Below are positions 1-9,650 of a DNA stretch of 64,000 nt, piece by piece (the stretch's first letter is position 1; every line of letters starts with the position of its first letter). The stretch lies in NCBI GenBank assembly GCA_965228875.1, contig OZ245843.1, positions 3,950,616 to 4,014,615 on the forward strand, written 5' to 3'. A model generated the notes under the pieces. The model saw nothing but the letters and a program-made list of their open reading frames with translations. It did not search any database and had not been told where the DNA came from. The position numbers were made by a program, and so were the translations under genes. The DNA comes from Thalassobaculaceae bacterium. GTDB taxonomy: Bacteria; Pseudomonadota; Alphaproteobacteria; Thalassobaculales; Thalassobaculaceae.

Positions 1-24
1 GGTCGGCCCGACCCACCGGTACCG

Positions 25-444
25 TCAGTCCTGGCGGCGTTTGACCCGCACGATCAGGTCCACCCGCTCGATCTCCGCGCCGTCCGGCGCCTGCGGCAGG
101 CTGCCGATCGCGACCTGCTCGCCCGGGATGTCGGTGAGCCGGCCGGTATCGGCCTCGAAGAAATGGTGATGTCCGGTGGTGTTGGTGTCGAAATACGACC
201 GCCCGGCCTCGACCACGACCTCCCGCAGGAGGCCGGCGTCGGTGAACTGGTGCAGGGTGTTGTAAATCGTCGCCAGGGAGACCCGCACGCCGTCGCGCTC
301 CGCCTCGGAATGAAGCTGCTCGGCGGTGACGTGACGGTCGCCGTTCTCGAACAGCAGGCGGGCGAGCGACAGCCGCTGGCGCGTCGGGCGCAGGCCGGCT
401 CCCCGAAGGGTGTCCACCGCGGCGGCGAACGGTCTTGAAGTCAT
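25..444 (-). CDS. irr: Fur-family iron response regulator Irr
   Basis: GLRPTRQR...[13 protein letters not shown]ur helix-turn-helix and an HHH motif; divergent from fabA as is common in alphaproteobacteria; start set at ATG 444. Confidence 0.9.
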   Translation of the reverse strand: MTSRPFAAAVDTLRGAGLRPTRQRLSLARLLFENGDRHVTAEQLHSEAERDGVRVSLATIYNTLHQFTDAGLLREVVVEAGRSYFDTNTTGHHHFFEADTGRLTDIPGEQVAIGSLPQAPDGAEIERVDLIVRVKRRQD

Positions 445-710
445 GGTGCGCACCCTGTTCGACCTCGCCCGAGGTCCGGCGGCCGGCCGATCCAAGAGCG
501 TTGAAACAAAACGATTATCATGTAGGGGAAACGAAGGCAATCCATGCCCTTTGCATGCCGGGTTGCGATGTGGTTTCCTTGCTCCGAATGAGCGCGGCAC
601 CCTGGAGTGCGGCTCGGTGTGTGACGGACGGCGTGATTGTGTTACGCACATGGTGCACAGGGCACCGTGCGAACGGCACGGTCACGGACCAACGGACGGC
701 GAGGCCGGAA

Positions 711-1238
711 TTGGATTTCAAGACGCGCAGCAGCTTCTCCTACAAGGATCTGCTCGAATGCGCCCACGGGCGCCTGTTCGGACCCGGTAACGCGCAGCTT
801 CCGCTGCCGCCGATGCTGATGTTCGACCGCATCACCCATATCGCCGAGACCGGCGGCGCCAACGGCAAGGGCGAGGTCGAGGCCGAACTCGACATCAAGC
901 CGGACCTCTGGTTCTTCCCCTGCCATTTCGAGGGCGACCCGGTCATGCCCGGCTGCCTGGGCATGGACGCGCTGTGGCAGCTCCTCGGCTTCACGCTGGG
1001 CTGGCTCGGCGGGCCGGGTTCGGGCCGGGCGATCTCGGTCGGCGAGGTCAAGTTCATGGGACAGGTGCTGCCGACCGCGAAACAGGTCCGCTACCACCTC
1101 GACCTGAAGCGGGTCATCAGCCGCAAGCTGTTCCTCGGTATCGCCGACGGCTGGGTCGACTGCGACGGGGAGCGGGTCTTCGAAGCCAAGGACATTCGCG
1201 TTGGCCTGTTCGCCAATACGGCGGCGGCACCGGCCTGA
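711..1238 (+). CDS. fabA: 3-hydroxyacyl-ACP dehydratase/isomerase FabA
   Basis: [20 protein letters not shown] and [14 protein letters not shown] motifs; TTG start at 711 inferred. Confidence 0.95.
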   Translation: MDFKTRSSFSYKDLLECAHGRLFGPGNAQLPLPPMLMFDRITHIAETGGANGKGEVEAELDIKPDLWFFPCHFEGDPVMPGCLGMDALWQLLGFTLGWLGGPGSGRAISVGEVKFMGQVLPTAKQVRYHLDLKRVISRKLFLGIADGWVDCDGERVFEAKDIRVGLFANTAAAPA

Positions 1239-1249
1239 CGGAGAGAAGC

Positions 1250-2473
1250 ATGCGTCGCGTCGTCGTCACCGGCATCGGTGTCGTCTCCCCGATCGGGAAC
1301 GACAAGGCCGAGGTCACGGAATCCCTGAAGGCCGGACGGTCGGGGATCACCTTCGCCCCCGAGTACAAGGAACTGGGCTTCCGCAGCCATGTGCACGGCT
1401 CGCTCAAGGTCGATCTGGAGGAACGGATCGACCGCAAGCTGCTGCGCTTCATGGGCGACGGCGCCGGCTACAACTACCTCGCCATGGAAGAGGCGCTGGC
1501 CGATAGTGGGCTGGAGCCGTCCGACATCTCCAATCCGCGCACCGGTCTGATCATGGGATCGGGCGGACCGTCGACCCGGAACATGATGCAGGCGTTCGAC
1601 ACGGCGCGGGAGAAGAGTCCCAAGCGGGTCGGCCCCTACATGGTGCCGCGGGTGATGTCCTCCACCAACTCGGCCAATCTGTCGACGATCTACAAGATCA
1701 AGGGGCTCAGCTACTCGATCAGTTCAGCCTGCTCGACCAGTTCGCACTGTATCGGCAATGGCACCGAGCTGATCCAGTACGGCAAGCAGGACATCGTCTT
1801 CGCCGGCGGCGGCGAGGAGCTGCACTGGACCCTGTCGGTGCTGTTCGACGCCATGGGCGCCCTGTCCTCGAAGTACAATGATACGCCGGAGAAGGCGTCG
1901 CGGCCGTACGACGTGAACCGCGACGGGTTCGTCATCGCCGGCGGCGGCGGCGTGGTCGTGCTCGAGGAACTGGAGCACGCGAAGGCGCGCGGTGCGAAGA
2001 TCTACGCCGAGGTCGTCGGCTACGGCGCGACATCCGACGGGGCCGACATGGTGGCGCCGTCGGGCGAGGGCGGACTGCGCTGCATGCAGCTGGCGCTGAC
2101 CGACGTGCATGACCCGGTCGACTACATCAACACCCACGGCACCTCGACGCCGGTGGGCGACATGGTCGAGCTGAATTCGATCCGTGAGGTGTTCCGCGAG
2201 CAGAACCGTCTGCCGGCGATCAGCTCGACCAAGTCGATGACCGGCCACTCCCAGGGAGCGGCGGGCGTGCACGAGGCGATCTACACGCTCCTGATGATGC
2301 ACGGCGGCTTCCTCGCTCCGTCGATCAACATCGAGAGCATGGAGCCGGACGCGGAGTCGATGCCGATCCTGCGCAAGGCGGTGATCGGCCAGGAGATCAA
2401 CGTCGCCATGTCGAACAGCTTCGGCTTCGGCGGCACCAACGCCGTTCTCGCCTTCCGCCGACCGGATTTTTGA
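1250..2473 (+). CDS. fabB: beta-ketoacyl-ACP synthase I
   Basis: [21 protein letters not shown] (catalytic Cys), HGTST and [10 protein letters not shown] motifs. Confidence 0.95.
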   Translation: MRRVVVTGIGVVSPIGNDKAEVTESLKAGRSGITFAPEYKELGFRSHVHGSLKVDLEERIDRKLLRFMGDGAGYNYLAMEEALADSGLEPSDISNPRTGLIMGSGGPSTRNMMQAFDTAREKSPKRVGPYMVPRVMSSTNSANLSTIYKIKGLSYSISSACSTSSHCIGNGTELIQYGKQDIVFAGGGEELHWTLSVLFDAMGALSSKYNDTPEKASRPYDVNRDGFVIAGGGGVVVLEELEHAKARGAKIYAEVVGYGATSDGADMVAPSGEGGLRCMQLALTDVHDPVDYINTHGTSTPVGDMVELNSIREVFREQNRLPAISSTKSMTGHSQGAAGVHEAIYTLLMMHGGFLAPSINIESMEPDAESMPILRKAVIGQEINVAMSNSFGFGGTNAVLAFRRPDF

Positions 2474-2537
2474 CCCGGCGCACGCCACCTCCGCCGACAT
2501 GTGACCGGCCGGGGATCGCTTCAGGAACAGGAGCCCC

Positions 2538-3365
2538 ATGACAGATCAGCCCTCCCCCCAGCCGATCATGGCCGGCAAGCGCGGACTGATCGTCGGCGTG
2601 GCCAATGATCGTTCGATCGCCTGGGGGATCGCCGCCGCCGTGGCCGAGCATGGCGCGGAGCTCGCCTTCACCTACCAGAACGAGAGCATCGAGCGTCGGG
2701 TCAGGCCGCTGGCGGAGTCGGTCGGCTCCGACATCGTCATGCCCTGCGACGTGACCGACCATGCGAGCCTGGACTCTGTCGCCGCGACGTTGAAGGAGCG
2801 GTGGGGCTCGATCGATTTCGCCCTGCACGCGGTCGCCTATTCCGACAAGACCGAGCTCAAGGGCAAGTACTACGACACCACGCGGGCCAACTTCACCAAA
2901 ACCATGGACGTGTCCTGCTACTCGTTCACGGCCCTGGCCCAGCGGATGACCCCTCTGATGTCCGTGGGTGGCAGCCTGCTCACCCTGTCCTATCTCGGCG
3001 CCGAGCGCAGCACCCCGAACTACAACGTCATGGGCGTGGCCAAGGCGGCGCTCGAGGCCAGCGTGCGCTATCTCGCCGCCGATCTCGGGCCAGACGGCAT
3101 CCGGGTCAACGCGCTGTCGGCCGGACCGATGCGGACCCTGGCGGGCTCGGCGATCGCGGACGCGCGCTACACCTATCGCTTCTCGGAGAACGCCGCCCCG
3201 CTCGGCCGCAACGCCGCCCTGGACGAGGTCGGCCGGGCCGGGCTCTACCTGCTGTCGAACCTGTCCTCCGGCGTCACCGGCGAGGTGATGCACGTGGATG
3301 GCGGCTTCCATTCCGTCGCGATCCCGCATCCGAGCCGGCGCGAGGGCAACAAGGGCGAGGGCTGA
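2538..3365 (+). CDS. fabI: enoyl-ACP reductase
   Basis: GVANDRSIAWGIA and YNVMGVAKAALEASVRYLA motifs. Confidence 0.95.
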   Translation: MTDQPSPQPIMAGKRGLIVGVANDRSIAWGIAAAVAEHGAELAFTYQNESIERRVRPLAESVGSDIVMPCDVTDHASLDSVAATLKERWGSIDFALHAVAYSDKTELKGKYYDTTRANFTKTMDVSCYSFTALAQRMTPLMSVGGSLLTLSYLGAERSTPNYNVMGVAKAALEASVRYLAADLGPDGIRVNALSAGPMRTLAGSAIADARYTYRFSENAAPLGRNAALDEVGRAGLYLLSNLSSGVTGEVMHVDGGFHSVAIPHPSRREGNKGEG

Positions 3366-3385
3366 GGCGCGTCAGCGCGCGGGCT

Positions 3386-4042
3386 TCATCCGTTCTCCGC
3401 CGCGACTTCCTGCTGTTTGGCGCGCGTCTCCTCGGGCCAGCGCGATTTGATGAAAGCGAGGATCGCCCAGATGTCGGCGTCGGCGAGTTGCCCCTCGAAG
3501 GCCGGCATCTCGTTGCGGTAGCTGGGCGGCGAGAACGGCTGACCGCCGAACTTCGTCACGTCGAAGATGTCGCGGTCGCTGAGCCGCCAGATCGGCGCGC
3601 TGCCGTCGAGCGGCAGGGCCGGTCGGCTGCCGTCCGGATACTCTCCGTCCCAGCCCGGTTTTCCGGCGAGATCGACGCCGTGGCAGTAGGCGCAGTGCTG
3701 ACCGTACAGGCTGCGGCCGAGGCCGACCTGGGCGGCGTTGGTGTGATCGGCCGAGATCGCCGTCTGGTTGGAATAGCGGTCCCAGAACACGCTGCCGCCG
3801 GTGATCATCGCGCCGATGAAGACGGCGGCAGCGAGGAACCGCCCTCGCGGGCCGAGCTTGGCGGCGGCGTCGCCGATCAGGCCTCTGGAGACGGGAGGTG
3901 GGGCGTCCTCCTCGGTGTCGACGAGGCCGCGCAGCCGGCGCGCCGGGTCGATCGTGCGTCCCGGCGCCTTGGGGATCCGCCCGCTCAGCCGCTGTTCGAG
4001 CCTGGCGCGGCGCTCGCGTCGAGCGGTTCTGGCGTCGCGCAT
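3386..4042 (-). CDS. membrane-anchored monoheme c-type cytochrome
   Basis: Hydrophobic TM segment, CAYCH heme motif and distal MPAF Met ligand. Confidence 0.8.
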   Translation of the reverse strand: MRDARTARRERRARLEQRLSGRIPKAPGRTIDPARRLRGLVDTEEDAPPPVSRGLIGDAAAKLGPRGRFLAAAVFIGAMITGGSVFWDRYSNQTAISADHTNAAQVGLGRSLYGQHCAYCHGVDLAGKPGWDGEYPDGSRPALPLDGSAPIWRLSDRDIFDVTKFGGQPFSPPSYRNEMPAFEGQLADADIWAILAFIKSRWPEETRAKQQEVAAENG

Positions 4043-4060
4043 TCACCCGTCTCCTTTCTC

Positions 4061-4747
4061 TCAGACCTCGCGCACCTTCGGCGTGCCGAAGACGTCGTCG
4101 AGCCAACCGGGTCGGGTCAGGCCGGCGCGGACCTTCTCCTCCATCGCCGCCTCGCCGGCGCGCACCTGGTCGAGCTTGTCGGCGACCGCGTCGATCCGCG
4201 CGTGCGGCACGATCACCACGCCGTCGCGGTCGGCCACGACCAGGTCGCCGGACGATACGGAAACCCCGCCGCAGATGATATCGAGGCCGATGGTGCCCGG
4301 TCCGACCCGGGCCGGCGAGTTCGGCGTAACCCCGGCGTGCCAGATCGGCAGGCCCATGCCCTCGACGCCGTCCTGGTCGCGGATCGCACCGTCGGTCACC
4401 AGACCGATGGCCCCGGCGTTGCGCAGCATGCCGGCGAGCAGATCCCCGGTCAGCGCGGTCTGGCGGTAGTTGTCGGTGGTGCAGACCACCACGTCGCCCT
4501 TCTCCAGCACGTCGAGGCAGCAGGCCAGCGCCAGGTTGTCGGCCGGGTGGGCGAAGGCGGTCAGCACCGGAGCGGCGATCGACTTGCCCGGCGCGATCTG
4601 CGGCTTGATCGCCGGGTCCAAGGCGCCCCGCCCTTCCATGGCGTCCACGACCTGGGCGGTGTAGGCGCCGCGGAAGCGGCGGAGCTGGGCCTCGCTCGGC
4701 CGGGGGAAGGTCCGGCGCACGGTGAGGATGGGAGGGTCTTCGAGCAT
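4061..4747 (-). CDS. RraA/HMG-aldolase family protein
   Basis: DNLA, GDLL, DGAIRD and GDLVVADRDGVV motifs; ATG at 4747. Confidence 0.85.
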   Translation of the reverse strand: MLEDPPILTVRRTFPRPSEAQLRRFRGAYTAQVVDAMEGRGALDPAIKPQIAPGKSIAAPVLTAFAHPADNLALACCLDVLEKGDVVVCTTDNYRQTALTGDLLAGMLRNAGAIGLVTDGAIRDQDGVEGMGLPIWHAGVTPNSPARVGPGTIGLDIICGGVSVSSGDLVVADRDGVVIVPHARIDAVADKLDQVRAGEAAMEEKVRAGLTRPGWLDDVFGTPKVREV

Positions 4748-4752
4748 GGGAA

Positions 4753-5634
4753 TCAGGACTCCGCGCGGGTGAACAGGGCGGTCATCGCATCGGCGCAGGC
4801 GGCGGGTTCCTCCTCGGCGAGGAAGTGGCCGCAGTCGAGCTCGACCGCATCGACATCGTCGGCCCAGCGGCGCCAGACGTCCAGATGGCGTTCGCCCTTC
4901 TCCTTGAGATAGCGCCGGCCCCACAACAGGATGCAGGGGCAGGCGATCCGCTGCCCGGCCTCGACCGACGCCTCGTCCAGCGCCACGTCGACGGTGGCGC
5001 CGGCCTGATAGTCGGCGAACATGGCGTCGACCACCGCCGGATCGCGATAGGCGTCGCAATAGGCCCGCACCGCCGCGTCGTCCAGCCGGTCGCGGTGGCC
5101 GGCCCATCGATCGATCAGATGGCGCACGTAGCCCGGGCCATTGGCCCCGACCATCTTGCGCACGAACGGATCCTTCTGCGCCAGCAGCAGCCAGTGATAG
5201 CCGCCCAGCGCCGAGCGCCACTCCATCTTCCGCCAGTTCTCCAGGGTCGGCACGATGTCGAGGATGGCGAAGCTCTTCACCCGCTCCGGCAGGTCGAGCG
5301 CCATGCGGTAGCCGATCCGCCCGCCGCGGTCGTGTCCGGCGAGATGGAAACGGTCATGGCCGAGGGCCGTCATCAGTCCGGCGCAGAGCTTTGCCAGGTG
5401 GCGCTTGGAGAACGTCTCCTGGCTCGGCGCCGGGCCGCGCGACGCGCCGTAGCCCGGCGTGTCCGGAACGACCACCGTGAACCGGTCGGCGAGCAACGGC
5501 GCCAGCTTGTGAAACGCCACATGGGTCTGGGGGAAGCCGTGCAGCAGGAGAACCGGCGGGCCGGATCCGCCGACCCGCACGTGAAGCTCCGCGTCGTCCA
5601 CCGCGATGCGCGCGCTGCTGAAACCCTCGAACAT
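4753..5634 (-). CDS. alpha/beta hydrolase, haloacetate/fluoroacetate dehalogenase-like
   Basis: HGFPQT, GHDRGGR, LDIVPT, YHW, DY and CGHF motifs. Confidence 0.8.
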   Translation of the reverse strand: MFEGFSSARIAVDDAELHVRVGGSGPPVLLLHGFPQTHVAFHKLAPLLADRFTVVVPDTPGYGASRGPAPSQETFSKRHLAKLCAGLMTALGHDRFHLAGHDRGGRIGYRMALDLPERVKSFAILDIVPTLENWRKMEWRSALGGYHWLLLAQKDPFVRKMVGANGPGYVRHLIDRWAGHRDRLDDAAVRAYCDAYRDPAVVDAMFADYQAGATVDVALDEASVEAGQRIACPCILLWGRRYLKEKGERHLDVWRRWADDVDAVELDCGHFLAEEEPAACADAMTALFTRAES

Positions 5635-5723
5635 CCGTCTCTCCCCTGATTCCGGGAATTTACCATGCATCGCCGGGGCGATCCGTTCCAGTATGGGATT
5701 GGGTATGGCAAGCGGAGGGCGGA

Positions 5724-6485
5724 ATGCTGGAGGACCTCAAGGGCAAGGCGGTGCTGGTCACCGGAGCGTCGAGCGGGATCGGCGCGGCGACGGCACGGGC
5801 CTTCGCGGGTCAGGGCAGCCATGTCGGCGTGCACTACTTCCGCTCCCGCGACAAGGCCGAGACGGTGGCGGCGGCATGCCGCTCCGCCGGGGGCGATGCC
5901 GCGCTTTTCCAGGCCGACATGCGCGACAGTGCGGCGGTGGCGGGGGTCGTCGAGGATTTCCGGTCGCGGTTCGGGCGGATCGACGTTCTGATCGCCAATG
6001 CCGGCGACATGATGGGTCGGCGCACCATCGAGGAGGCGGATGACGATTTCGTGCTCGACGTGTTCCGCACCAATGCCCTGTCGGTGGTCGCCGCGTGCCG
6101 AAGCGCGATCCCGATGATGCGGACGACAGGCGGCGGATCGATCGTCACCCTGTCCTCGATCGTGGTGCGCAACGGCGGGTCGACCGGCACCGCCTTCTAC
6201 GCCGCGACCAAGTCCTATGTCGCTTCGCTGACCCGCTCGCTGGCGAAACAGCATGCGGCCGACGGCATCCGGGTGAACGCCGTCGCTCCCGGCATCATCG
6301 ATACGCCGATCCACGAGCGCTTCACCCCACCCGACGTGATGGCCGGTCTGGCGGCCTCGATCCCCATGGGCCGGCTCGGCACCGCGGACGAGGTGGCGAA
6401 CGCGATGCTCTATCTCGGCTCCGACGCCTCGTCCTACCTGACCGGCGCGGTGATCGACGTGAACGGCGGAGCCTGGGTCGGGTGA
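5724..6485 (+). CDS. short-chain dehydrogenase/reductase
   Basis: TGASSGIG, NAG, YAATK and VNAVAPG motifs. Confidence 0.9.
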   Translation: MLEDLKGKAVLVTGASSGIGAATARAFAGQGSHVGVHYFRSRDKAETVAAACRSAGGDAALFQADMRDSAAVAGVVEDFRSRFGRIDVLIANAGDMMGRRTIEEADDDFVLDVFRTNALSVVAACRSAIPMMRTTGGGSIVTLSSIVVRNGGSTGTAFYAATKSYVASLTRSLAKQHAADGIRVNAVAPGIIDTPIHERFTPPDVMAGLAASIPMGRLGTADEVANAMLYLGSDASSYLTGAVIDVNGGAWVG

Positions 6486-7177
6486 CCGGGGCGGAAGACC
6501 CGTTGGCGCGCGCTCTGGGCTATCCCTACCCGGCGCATCCGGAACCCTATCTGTTTCGCGACGGTCGGCCGGAACCGCTGCCCGGCGACCTCGACACGCG
6601 GTCGCTGACGCCGGTCATCGCCGTCGGCTCCAACCGCGCCCCGGTCCAGCTCGCCCGCAAGTTCGCCGGCATGGCGGTGACGGTTCCGGTCACCCGCCTG
6701 GTGGCCCGTGATCTCGACGTCGTCTACGCCGCTCACATGGCCGGCTACGGCGCGGTACCGGCGACGCTCGCCCCAGCGCCGGGGACCACGGTCGAGCTGT
6801 GGATCACCTGGCTCGACGATCGGGCCCTGCGGCGCATGGACGAGACCGAGGCGGTCGGCGTGAACTACGACCGTCGGGAGATCGCACTGGAGATTGTCGA
6901 GGCGGACGGCCCGGCGCCCCGATCCGCCCTGGTCTATGCCGCCCGGCGCGGCTGCCTCGCCTTCGACGGCGTTGCAGTTCCGCTGGCGGAGATCCCGGCG
7001 ACGCAACGCATTGTGGAGGCCCTGGGTCAGCGGCAGGTGCTGGAGCGTCTGCACCGCGAGACCGGCGGGGGAGAGCCGTTCGAGCCCTGGCTGCTGGGGC
7101 ATATCGGCGTGGGCGGGACGCTCCGCCGCCGGCGACTGACCGAACGGCTTGCGGCGACCGCGCTCCAGGTCAGTTGA
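6482..7177 (+). CDS. hypothetical protein, possibly gamma-glutamylcyclotransferase-like fold
   Basis: GTG start overlaps the SDR stop (GTGA); AVGSN and MDETE...YDR resemble GGCT motifs. Confidence 0.55.
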   Translation: MTGAEDPLARALGYPYPAHPEPYLFRDGRPEPLPGDLDTRSLTPVIAVGSNRAPVQLARKFAGMAVTVPVTRLVARDLDVVYAAHMAGYGAVPATLAPAPGTTVELWITWLDDRALRRMDETEAVGVNYDRREIALEIVEADGPAPRSALVYAARRGCLAFDGVAVPLAEIPATQRIVEALGQRQVLERLHRETGGGEPFEPWLLGHIGVGGTLRRRRLTERLAATALQVS

Positions 7178-7616
7178 GCACCTGCGGGCCGTCGCCGTCC
7201 GATTCGCCCTCGCGCAACGGCGGCGGACAGATCGCGGGGTCCACCCCCTCCATCGCGCTCAAGGCCTCGTTGGTGGCGCGCAACCGGCGCAGCAGAACCT
7301 TGAGGAGAGCCACGACGCCGGGTTCGGCGCTGGCCAGCAGGCGCGTGAAATTCTGCTGAGTGATGACCTGGACGACGGTGAGGGTGCCGGCGCGGGCGGT
7401 GGCGCTGCGCGGCTCGTCGTCGATCAGACCCATCTCCCCGATCAGTTCGCCCTCACCGACCGTCGCCAGCAGCACCTCGTTGCCGCCGCCGGCGTTGCGC
7501 AGGATCTCGACCGACCCCTTCTCGATCAGGAAGGCGGCCCAGGACTGGTCACCCTCGTGGAACAGCGTCTGCCCGGGACGGTAGACACGTCGGTCCAGGA
7601 TCATGGCTTTGCGCAT
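7170..7616 (-). CDS. stand-alone cyclic nucleotide-binding domain protein
   Basis: LFHEGD...KGSVEI...IGEMGLIDDEPRSATARA cNMP-binding signature. Confidence 0.85.
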   Translation of the reverse strand: MRKAMILDRRVYRPGQTLFHEGDQSWAAFLIEKGSVEILRNAGGGNEVLLATVGEGELIGEMGLIDDEPRSATARAGTLTVVQVITQQNFTRLLASAEPGVVALLKVLLRRLRATNEALSAMEGVDPAICPPPLREGESDGDGPQVLN

Positions 7617-7702
7617 GCGATCTCTCCCGGCCATCTGCGGCTCCCTCGAATGTCCCGGCTTCATAAATGGTTACGGGCCGGGCGAGGGTAAGCCGCCGAG
7701 AT

Positions 7703-7717
7703 TTAAGACGGTGTAAA
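7703..7717. promoter_or_regulatory. imperfect CtrA-like box (TTAA-N7-TAAA)
   Basis: TTAAGACGGTGTAAA about 90 bp upstream of the cNMP gene; one mismatch to TTAA-N7-TTAA. Confidence 0.35.
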
Positions 7718-7795
7718 CGTTGCGTGAGGCGGCTGTGAGGGACGCCGTGAAGGACGCTGCGAGCGCCGCCGTAGGCCCCTGTGTGCCACCCGCCG

Positions 7796-8494
7796 TCACT
7801 CCGGTTCGACCCGCCACACGATGGTGCGGCGCAGGTCGCTGTCCTCCAGTTCGCGCGGCGTGGGGACCATGTACTCGCCGAGCCTGGTGAGGCCGGAGTC
7901 GGGAAGGTAGCTGCGGCCGGGATCGCCCATCAGCACCAGGGCGCCGGCGGTGGCGTGGCGCCTGAGCCAGGCGGCCATCCGGTCGGCCATGGGCTTCTTG
8001 TAGCAGACGTCGCCGGCCAGCACGAGGTCGTAGAGCGGGCCGCCGTCGTCGGCCAGCACCGGCTCGTCCAGCATGTCGCGCTCCACCGCCTCGAGCCCGC
8101 CCCCGACCCCGTCCCCGACCCCACCCCCGAGCCCGTTGGCGGCGGCGTTCAGGGAAATGGCGGCGGTGGCGAACGGGTCGATCTCGTTGGCGACCACGTG
8201 CGCGGCGGAGACCCACAGCGCCGCCAGGGCGACGATTCCGCTGCCGGAGGCGACGTCCAGCACCCGCCGCCCGGCGGCGACCTCGGGATGGTCGATGACG
8301 TAGCGCGCCAGAGCCTGCCCTCCGGCCCAGGCGAAGGCCCAATAGGGCGGCGGCAGGTCGCTCTGCGCCAGCTCCTCCTCGGTCAACTCCCACAGAGGGA
8401 CCGCCCGGTCGGCCAGGTGAAGCGAGAGTTCGGGCACCAGAGAAGGCGGTTTCAGGACGGTGTTCGCGCGCACGAAGGCCAGCGGATCGGCCAT
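7796..8494 (-). CDS. class I SAM-dependent protein methyltransferase (METTL20/ETF-beta lysine MTase-like)
   Basis: PPPYWAFAWAGGQALARY, VLDVASGSG, LAGDVCY and GDPGR motifs. Confidence 0.8.
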   Translation of the reverse strand: MADPLAFVRANTVLKPPSLVPELSLHLADRAVPLWELTEEELAQSDLPPPYWAFAWAGGQALARYVIDHPEVAAGRRVLDVASGSGIVALAALWVSAAHVVANEIDPFATAAISLNAAANGLGGGVGDGVGGGLEAVERDMLDEPVLADDGGPLYDLVLAGDVCYKKPMADRMAAWLRRHATAGALVLMGDPGRSYLPDSGLTRLGEYMVPTPRELEDSDLRRTIVWRVEPE

Positions 8495-8501
8495 CGCGCG
8501 G

Positions 8502-9440
8502 TCAGCCGAGGGTGAAGGCGAGGGCGATCAGCAGGCCGGCATCCCGGTTGGCCCAGAAGGTCCGCAGGCAGGCGTGCGGATCGTCCAGATCCGTGACCCA
8601 GAGCTGGCGGGCGAAGTTGACGCCGGCCAGCGCCACCCCGACATAGGCCAGCGGGCCGAGGCCGGCCTGCCACAGGCTGGCGCCGAGCAGCAGTATGGTG
8701 ACGGCGTAGAACACGGCCAGCGCCGGCTTGGTCCTGTCACCCAGGGCCAGGGCCGAGGAGCGCACGCCGACGATGGCATCGTCCTCCTTGTCCTGGTGGG
8801 CGTAGATCGTGTCGTAGCCGAGGGTCCAGAAGAAGCCGGCGGCGTAGGCCAGCAGCGCGGCCGGCGAGATCGTCTCGGTCACCGCCGCGAAGCCCAGCAG
8901 CGCGCCCCAGTTGAAGGTCAGGCCGAGCACCGCCTGGGGCCAGTCGGTCACCCGCTTGGCCGCCGGATAGAGGAACACCAGGATCAGCACCGCCGCACCG
9001 ATCGCCCATGAGGTGGTGTTGAGCTGCAGCAGGATGGCCAGGCCGACGGCGAGCTGGGCGGCGAGGAAGACGACGGCGGCGACCGGGGAGACCGCGCCGC
9101 TGGCCAGCGGCCGGGTGGCGGTGCGCGCCACCTTGGTGTCGATCCTGCGGTCCCAGAGGTCGTTCACCGTACAGCCGGCGCCGCGCATCACCAGGGCGCC
9201 GACCGTGAACAGCACGACCAGCCGGAGCATCTCCAGGATCGGGGCCGCCGTCATCGGGGCGCCGATCGCCTGCCACCCGAGGGCCAGGCCCCACAGGCAG
9301 GGCAGGTAGAGCAGCCACGTGCCGATCGGCCGGTCGAGCCTGGCCAGCCGCGCATAGGGGCGCCAGGAGACCGGCAGCCACCGGTCCACCCAGTTGCCCC
9401 GCGGGATGTCGCTGGCGCTTGAGATGTCCCTCTCGCTCAT
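8502..9440 (-). CDS. ubiA: 4-hydroxybenzoate polyprenyltransferase
   Basis: RLDRPIG, NDLWDRRID and YDTIYAHQDKEDD motifs; start uncertain (9440 or 9452). Confidence 0.92.
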   Translation of the reverse strand: MSERDISSASDIPRGNWVDRWLPVSWRPYARLARLDRPIGTWLLYLPCLWGLALGWQAIGAPMTAAPILEMLRLVVLFTVGALVMRGAGCTVNDLWDRRIDTKVARTATRPLASGAVSPVAAVVFLAAQLAVGLAILLQLNTTSWAIGAAVLILVFLYPAAKRVTDWPQAVLGLTFNWGALLGFAAVTETISPAALLAYAAGFFWTLGYDTIYAHQDKEDDAIVGVRSSALALGDRTKPALAVFYAVTILLLGASLWQAGLGPLAYVGVALAGVNFARQLWVTDLDDPHACLRTFWANRDAGLLIALAFTLG

Positions 9441-9596
9441 GGCGACAGTCATACGCGAGATGAGCGCTTCGGGAAATGATCGCCGTGTCGCAGGACGCCG
9501 ACGCCGCCGTTCAGACGAGTGGAGCGGGGGCTGAAGCGAATTCACACGACCGGATGGAAACCTCTGGCCGTGTGAATTTGCGCTGTTTTTAATGGC

Positions 9597-9650
9597 TTAG
9601 AGGGCGATTCACGCATCAGATCGATTCGATCTGATGCGATCGCACTCTAA
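9597..9650. repeat. 54-bp palindromic element with TTAGAG...CTCTAA ends
   Basis: Outer arms TTAGAGgGCGAT / ATCGCaCTCTAA and inner stem GCATCAGATCGA-T-TCGATCTGATGC; supplies the nudC stop codon. Confidence 0.75.

Noticed and set aside
2801..4912. 703-aa ORF and similar Arg/Pro/Gly-rich long ORFs (e.g. 38475-40421, 42677-44563, 36187-38058)
   Set aside because: Off-frame or antisense shadows of well-supported genes.
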